From contig CM022667.1 of NCBI GenBank assembly GCA_012295275.1, positions 18,848,001-18,912,000 on the forward strand: 64,000 bases of DNA, read 5' to 3'. This document shows, one piece after another, positions 56,540 through 64,000 of this stretch. The DNA comes from Chrysomallon squamiferum. Its lineage: Eukaryota; Animalia; Mollusca. Numbering within the stretch: the first letter of the stretch is position 1; each line of letters begins with the position of its first letter. The translations under genes were made by a program, and so were the position numbers. Below the pieces are notes generated by a model. It saw only the letters and a list, made by a program, of their open reading frames with translations, was not told the DNA's origin and did not search any database.

Positions 56540-57562
56540 ATGAACAGTTCTTTCAATATTTCGACTTATGGAGAGTGCCTGACCGGAGACCCACCATCGT
56601 TCGATTTCGAGTTTTCGTACGGAGTTATAGGAACGGTGATCGCAGTGTGCGGACTGTTCGGAAACGGTTTGTCCATCATCGTTCTATCCCATTCCAGACT
56701 GTGCTCGACGACGACCTTCCTCTTGCGGTGCCTGACCGCGTTCGACATAGTGTTCCTCTTCTGCGATTCCATCGTTCACACGATCCCGCTGGTCGCCGGC
56801 GAAAACCTCGTGTTTCGTCTCATTCTCGGGTCCGTGACGTTCGTGGTCTACCCGCTGGCAGCGGTCGCCCAGACCGGCACGATTTACACGATGGTCGTTC
56901 TGTCCGTGGAGCGGTACACGGTGATAGTGAGGCCGCTCCACGCCAAGTCCATCTGGACCAAGTCGTACGTGAGGAAAGTGGCGATAGCGATTCTCGTGTG
57001 GTCCTTCGCCTACAACCTGCCGCGATTCCTCGAGTACCGACCCAAGCTGTACTGGGAAGAAGAGCTCAACCAGATGTGGCTCTGCTCGGCCGACACCAGT
57101 CTGCAGACCAACGACCAGTACGTCACCATCTACCTCGGTTACGTCAACCTCGTCGTCGAGGTCATCTTTCCCGTTCTCGTCATGTCCGTCGTGCACGTGC
57201 TCTTGTTGAGAATTCTGCGAAGGCGACGATGCTCCGATATTCTGCCGTATCGATTATCGCCCGTCGACGAGAATCGACTGACGGCCATTGTTGCCGCCTT
57301 GACCTTGGTGTTGTTCTGTTGTCAGATCGTTGTGTTCATTTACCATATTCTATACACTTTGCTGTGGTACGGAGCCTGCAGAGAAGTCTGCTATCATTTT
57401 CATCACGTGACGATAATCGTGAACATCATAAATTCCGCAAGTAATTTTATTTTTTACTGTGTCATTGGGAGAAGTTTTCGTAAAATTCTTCTGCTCTGTT
57501 TCTCGTGCCACGAAGTGAATCCCGCTGTAAAAAGTAATTCAACCAATAAAACCAAGTGGTAA
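56540..57562 (+). CDS. Intronless class A (rhodopsin-like) GPCR, FMRFamide/peptide-receptor-like family, 340 aa
   Basis: Seven hydrophobic segments. Motifs: TM1 GLFGN, TM2 LTAFD, TM3 LSVERYTVIVRP, TM4 YNLPRFLEY, TM7 INSASNFIFYC and helix 8 FRKIL. N-terminal N-glycosylation sequons NSS and NIS. GC-rich codon bias relative to the flanks. Confidence 0.95.
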   Translation: MNSSFNISTYGECLTGDPPSFDFEFSYGVIGTVIAVCGLFGNGLSIIVLSHSRLCSTTTFLLRCLTAFDIVFLFCDSIVHTIPLVAGENLVFRLILGSVTFVVYPLAAVAQTGTIYTMVVLSVERYTVIVRPLHAKSIWTKSYVRKVAIAILVWSFAYNLPRFLEYRPKLYWEEELNQMWLCSADTSLQTNDQYVTIYLGYVNLVVEVIFPVLVMSVVHVLLLRILRRRRCSDILPYRLSPVDENRLTAIVAALTLVLFCCQIVVFIYHILYTLLWYGACREVCYHFHHVTIIVNIINSASNFIFYCVIGRSFRKILLLCFSCHEVNPAVKSNSTNKTKW

Positions 57563-58329
57563 GATCTGATTTATCTCCCTTTGTTTTCTTTCTTTTTTTT
57601 TTTTTTTTTTTTTTTTTCATAAACACTTTTATACATTTCTTTATTTATATATTTATTTATTTATTTATTTTATTTTACTTTATTTTATTTTATTTATTTT
57701 TATTCAAGTTTTTACATGTTTATGTATTTATTTATTATATATTTATTTATTATATATTTATTTATTATTATACTTTTATTTGTTTATTTATTGTTTATCT
57801 AGTTATATATTTACTATATTGTTTATTTGTATTATAATTTATTCACCTTCATCATCAAAAGAATCACTTGTATCTGAATGCGATGTTTGTATTTGTATGG
57901 ACGTTTCAATTAATATATTTCACATAATATTATGTATACTTATATTTACGAAAATAATATTTAATTTTTCTAACTCTGTATTATATGTAATAAAAATATC
58001 ATCTAAATGATTATTTTTTGTAGAATATGGAATTTTTGTGTTATACCTTATTTTCATATGTGCATGCACAGATACATATAGACATGCAGATATATTTACA
58101 TGTATACATTCATATATACATAAATAGTTACTTACATAGATATATGTATACATACATACATCCATCCATACATAAATCCATACATACATATATATATACA
58201 TAGACACACATATACATTCACAAACGAATTCGTAATAAAAGAAAAACAAAATTAATATTTGTTATAAAGGCTACATTACTTTTAAATTAATATATGTATA
58301 AACATCCATAAGAATGAAAATGTGTTTCT

Positions 58330-58722
58330 AAAAGACAGTCCACTTTAACAATATATTACATATCATGTGTAAAACAGTCCATTTTAAGGATATATTACAT
58401 ATCATGTGTAAAACAGTCCATTTTAAGGATATATTACATATCATGTGTAAAACAGTCCATTTTAACAATATATTACATATCATGTGTAAAACAGTCCACT
58501 TTAACAATATATTACATATCATGTGTAAAACAGTCCATTTTAACAATATATTACATATCATGTGTAAAACAGCCCATTTTAAGGGATATATTACATATCA
58601 GTCCATTTTATGTGTAAAACAGTCCATTTTAATGATATATTACATATCGTGTAAAACAGTCCATTTTAATGATTATATTACATATCATGTGTAAAACAGT
58701 TCATTTCAATGAATATATTACA
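58330..58722. repeat. 39-bp minisatellite, ~10 units
   Basis: Tandem ATATTACATATCATGTGTAAAACAGTCCATTTTAACAAT, which gives the 13-aa periodicity in spurious ORFs. Confidence 0.96.
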
Positions 58723-61357
58723 TAATACTTCTAGATATTTTATATTTCTTTAATACAAGTCTGGAAATTTTATTTTATTTTTCCGAAATATGTCAATACT
58801 GCTTTCTAAAGTACTGATTGGTTGTTACAAAAAGTCAACCTGGAGGTCAGATTACTACAATATAGACTGGTTGACATTATGTAGACAGGAATAGTTTTAA
58901 CAAACTAACAAACAAACAAAAAGCTACTTGTCTTCAGGATTTCATACTTTATCTTTTTTTTTTTTTTTTTTCTTTTTTTCAAGCTGCATTCAGTCAAATA
59001 TGACAAGATAGAACGGTTGTCATAGTTTCACATGACGTCAGCAAGATGTCATTTTACTCTGTCGAACATTTCTACATTTTTAATTTAAAAAAAAAAAAAA
59101 TAAGAGCAAAACCGAGAAACAAAATAATTAAACTAATAAGAATAAGTCTTTGAAACGATTCGTAGCCAGAAACAATAAAACACATATTCACGAAGACACA
59201 GACAGATGCAGATACGTAAAATCCCATCGTAAATTCGCAATCCTGTTTTAATTATTAAAGTTGTAGTATTTGTGAGTACGTACGTGTACTCATACACTCG
59301 TAAACTATAGTGAGCGTAATAAAATTCAGTTCCGTTCAGTAAAGACAATGCACGTTTTGTCATAAAGTGGTCTAAATAAATGTTTTTACAATACTTTTTT
59401 TTTTTTTTTTTTTTTTTTTTCATTTGCAGCATCCTCAGCTCAGTTCTGTGAATATTCAGCATCTTAACAGACTTTCCAGATGTGATTTTTTTTTACAGCC
59501 TAACCTAAATGTTAATTTCTTCTATTTTTACCAGATTAAAAATTGATTCCTCTCGCTTTAGTGTTACTGTGTCATCGATTCGCTGTTTTGTTCTCGATTT
59601 TCAATTTGATGTGAGAATCGTCGTGAATATAAGTATCAGATTATTTCGTTGCTGATTTTACTTTTCGTATTATTATTATCCTTTCTTCTTCTAATGTCCT
59701 TCTTCTTCTTCTTCCTTAGTTTTATTTATTTATTGCGTTTCGTTTCTTTTCAATTCATTTCAGTAGTTTTGTTTTATTTTATATTTATTTAATTTCTTGC
59801 ATCCGTACGTCCATATATACACATACACACACACACACACACACACTCTTTCTCTCTCTCTCTTTCTCATATACACACACACACACAAATATACATACAT
59901 ATACACACACACACTCCTATATATATATAAACACATTTCATACACAGATACACACACTTCAACATACGACACTGATACCTTGTGTTGTTTTTATTTTATC
60001 AAAACATTTCTTGATTACGTCCACGAGAAGCGACATCTGCTCAGTGAATGACGTAAACTCGTTGTGTATTTCACACTTAACGGGGCTGGGTTGGGTTTTT
60101 TTCACAGTCTCATTAGTGCGAGGAGCAGATTGTTCGATTCATTATCAAGAATAAAAGGCTTTGTGAGTTTCGTCATTGCTGAGGGCGGTAATACGAACCA
60201 CATCCCTGCAGCCAAGTTTGATATTTGGACTGTTCGCTAATGACTTAATGCCTGGCCTAAGCTACGTTTCGCCAGTTGGATGAAAGGACAGTAAGATCAG
60301 ATAATGAAACGTTGTCTTAGGAATTACTCTTTTTCCAGTGACGTCTTTTCTCAGTCTTTTGTCTTCATTTCGTTGAGTTCTTACTGACTTGCAGATGTTG
60401 TCAATAGCTTTTTTTACTATCAGATTTTACTGAAGTTTGAAATGTATGTTTTTCTTAAAAAAAAAAGAATGTATGTCTTTTTTTATTATGATAAACAAAT
60501 AGCATTTATCCTGTAACAATAAACCAATATTAAAACTATATTTGTACTAATAATATTATACATACAAAAATAAAACTTTTGTGTAATTATGCGTTAATAC
60601 ATATACAAATAGCATTTCAATAAATACGTATAGAAATAAAATTTCAGTACAAAAACATAAATGCATATAACAAAAAATAATAATAATTAAAAAAACGAAA
60701 AATTAAAAAAAAATTCCTTTATACACACTAACAGCGATGCAAACAACATTACATTTCAGACACCAACATCTATACAAATAATTTTCCATCAAACACACTA
60801 ACACCTATACAGATTATATTCCATTATATATACAAAAGCAACTCGCAATTATCATTCTTATACACGCTAACACCTATAAGAGTTTCTAATGCTTGATATT
60901 GATTTTGCTTTCTCTTCCACTGATGCAGAATTACGCCATCTCTTTATGACGTCCGATATATCAAACGAAAAACTTTAGGCATCTTTCTCAGCTCTGGTGG
61001 TGTTTTTTTTTTTTTTTTTCTTAATCTTTATTCTCTTGATTACTTCACTGTTATATTGTACGAAAACAGGAAAAAAAAGGGAACATAACTCCGTGATTGA
61101 TGCAATTTTGTAGCCATTCCGGAAGCATTTTTTGACCTGGATTTTACACTGTCATTTGAAATAAAATTAAAAGCGTTAATATAATAAGTCTTGGTTTTGT
61201 TGGGATTGAATGTGGAACAGAAGGTGAGTGTGATTTCAAAATTTTAGTACATGTGTAGATATGAATTTGTTTTATATGACCTATATACAATCTATATAAA
61301 ATGTTACAGGTTAATATCAGAGTTCGGACGTACATGAGATAGTGATTTGAAGAAAGG

Positions 61358-61443
<86 letters not shown>

Positions 61444-61987
61444 ATGATATAAATATTTATTTCTAAAATTAGAAAGTAAACAACCCTTGAAGCAGCAGCA
61501 AAAACAACAACAACAACAATAATAATAATAACTTTTTAAAACAAATTCGAAATAAACTTTAAAATTAAATTTTCTGAGATTCTGCCGCCTTTCGAAAGGC
61601 TTGTTTTATTGAGAACTAATTTCTCAAGTTCACTGAATATATTTAGCGTTTGTCAATAGTCAGGTGTGATTTTGGATTTTATTGTGTGTCTTTTATTTAG
61701 CACATCCACCATTTCTAACGACCTCACCTACCGAAATAGCAACTCTAATGCGATATCATTGAAAAGTAATGTCGTGATAGCTCGCCATTACCTCCGACAT
61801 TTCGTTCTAACGTGATTGATTTGGCTTCGTTTGGAGTCGCAAGAGACTGACGTGTACACCAGTCACTTGTATGTCTGGTCATAGTTTAAATTACCACTGA
61901 CCTTGGTGCGTTAGTAAGGGTGGATGGGATTTAAAAAGGAATATTACTGTTATGGAAGATAGCTAATTTTTCTTCTTCTTCTTCTTC

Positions 61988-62063
<76 letters not shown>

Positions 62064-62150
62064 AATTTGTTGTTGTCGTTATATGATTATTATTACTTTC
62101 ACGATAACATTTTTTTAATATTAACAATGATAGTTGTAACCTACACACAT

Positions 62151-62214
<64 letters not shown>

Positions 62215-64000
62215 TGTACGATAACAAAAAAAAACAACTAAATTTATGAAAACTTTAGCTGTTAATTACGCTAGAGTTTTATAACTGAAAAAATTTAAAC
62301 TACTGAAATCACTTATGAAAAGTTTCGAGGAAAATTTAAAAAAAAAAAAATTTAAATTTAGAATTTTTAAAAATGTCTGAAAACCATTAACCTGTCAGCC
62401 ATCAACACTGATGCAACAGGAAGTTCCTGGAAACAAACTTTTTAAAATTCTAAAAGCGAAAAGAAACTGGAAAAGGAAAAGTTTCAAAAGAAAAGAAAAA
62501 TATAAATGTAATTAGTGGGTGTGCCAGCTATTATTTCTCGTTGTCATTGTTGTCGTTGTTGTTGTAATTTGTATCTGAGTATGGGAGGACTGTTGTGGCA
62601 GCTGTTACTGTCGTTGTTATTAAGTTGAACGTTAGTGTTACTGTTGTCGTTGATGCTGTGGTATTTATCGAGTTTTTGTCATCGACATTCGTACTGCATT
62701 ATTGCTGCTGTTATTAGTTTTGTCATTATTATTAACTTCTGTTGTATCAAGAAAAAAAGAGAAAAAAACCTTATTTATCTAATAATCAACAAAAATAGAG
62801 AATACGAAATAATTTTCAAAAGAAAAACGATCAACTTGAGGAGTGCACTGACATTTGCTTTTTACTGTGTGGATTTGCTACATCGTCCCTGAAGACAACA
62901 CACACAATCGACACGTGAGCTACGTTCGCCAGACTGTCATTTAACTAATCACTCAACAAAGCAACTAATGTATTTAGTCGGTAAATTACTTTTCCTCAAG
63001 ACGCGTCGTCGTTAGACTGTCCCCCCCCCTCCACCCCACCACACCCCACCCCCCGGAGAAAGACTGAAATAATTGAATAATTTCGGCTGAGAAGTGTGGG
63101 ACCCACTTGTCCAAATTTGGAAATAAAACGAGCGGCTCAGGGTTTCAGTGTCTGAAGATCTGACTGATATACACAAGCCACGGAACCTCTGTAAACATTT
63201 GCTAAATAACAGCTGCACTGTTACTGTGAATGACATTAAAGTTACGAGTCCTTCTATCACTTTCTGTTTAAATGACGTAACGCTTTTAATATTTCAGTCT
63301 ATTTAATAATGAGCGTATGAGCGATATACCTGTTCAGTGTTTCAGTCTATTTCGTAGTGTTTGTAGGTGGTGGTTAATTATTTCCATTCGTTTCATACGC
63401 GATGTTAATTGTTAACTGTGTTATAATATAACAATTAGTCAACCAGGTTTAACGGATGACATGGCGTGTATATTATTATTGTATAAGCAATGTTGCATCT
63501 TTAATTACTTCTGTCTGACGGGGTTCAGTTGAGTTGTTATATAAGTATTCTCTATTAATACTTGTCACATACAACTTTCCACACCTCAAATTCTTTTTTT
63601 TTAATCTTGATAAGAAAATTATACCAGTTTGGTAACACGACTTTCGAGGAAGGTAGGTATGTAAATAACTAATGTAACCAGTTATATGTCTAGAAAATGG
63701 TTTGTTATACAAAAATGTCGGCTAATTTCGTTTATTGTATCTTTTAATATATTTAATCTGTTTCACACTTCGTTCTATATAATCTACAAGTGATTGGAGA
63801 TCTGGCAAATGTAAACCAAGTATACGTATTAAAAATGGTTTGACATATAAAAATGAATCAGCTAATTTCGTTGATTGAATTGTCTAATATTTTCTATTTC
63901 ACACTTTCGTTCTGTATACGCTATAAATAAACTAATTCGTTCTATGTTTTCAGTTTAATTGATTAGTCCTTTAAATATTTTAGTATATCTCGCATTTTCT

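Noticed and set aside
56575-57444. 289-aa alternative-frame ORF and antisense ORF 56684-57196 overlapping the GPCR
   Set aside because: Expected shadow ORFs of a GC3-rich coding sequence; Arg/Pro-rich with no motifs.
58328-58694. ORFs with 13-aa repeats (MCKTVHFNNILHI)
   Set aside because: Translation of a 39-bp minisatellite, open on both strands by chance and broken by indels.

Overview
Eukaryotic, AT-rich, microsatellite-dense genomic window with spliceosomal introns. The gene content looks lophotrochozoan, probably molluscan; this is an inference and the species cannot be read from the sequence. 1-7709 is a 169-bp satellite array with two subfamilies and higher-order structure, followed by a 200-N scaffold gap (7710-7909). 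7910-42300 is a recently duplicated cluster of four 4-exon genes encoding secreted PAN/Apple + C-type-lectin proteins: one pseudogene on the minus strand, two intact on plus, one intact on minus. The cluster was built by a ~5-6 kb inverted duplication plus ~10 kb tandem duplications. It carries three co-duplicated dead Tc1 fragments and one later Buster-type hAT insertion with TIRs, an 8-bp TSD and empty paralogous sites. Immediately upstream of the last lectin is a 3-exon gene that the ORF track does not show whole (44336-43121, minus). It encodes a 121-aa secreted protein with an (Asn-Gly)16 tract and an Asp-rich 8-Cys domain, a candidate new biomineralisation matrix protein and the most interesting item here. 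An intronless FMRFamide-receptor-like rhodopsin GPCR lies at 56540-57562. All gene models were spliced by hand; no database searches were run.
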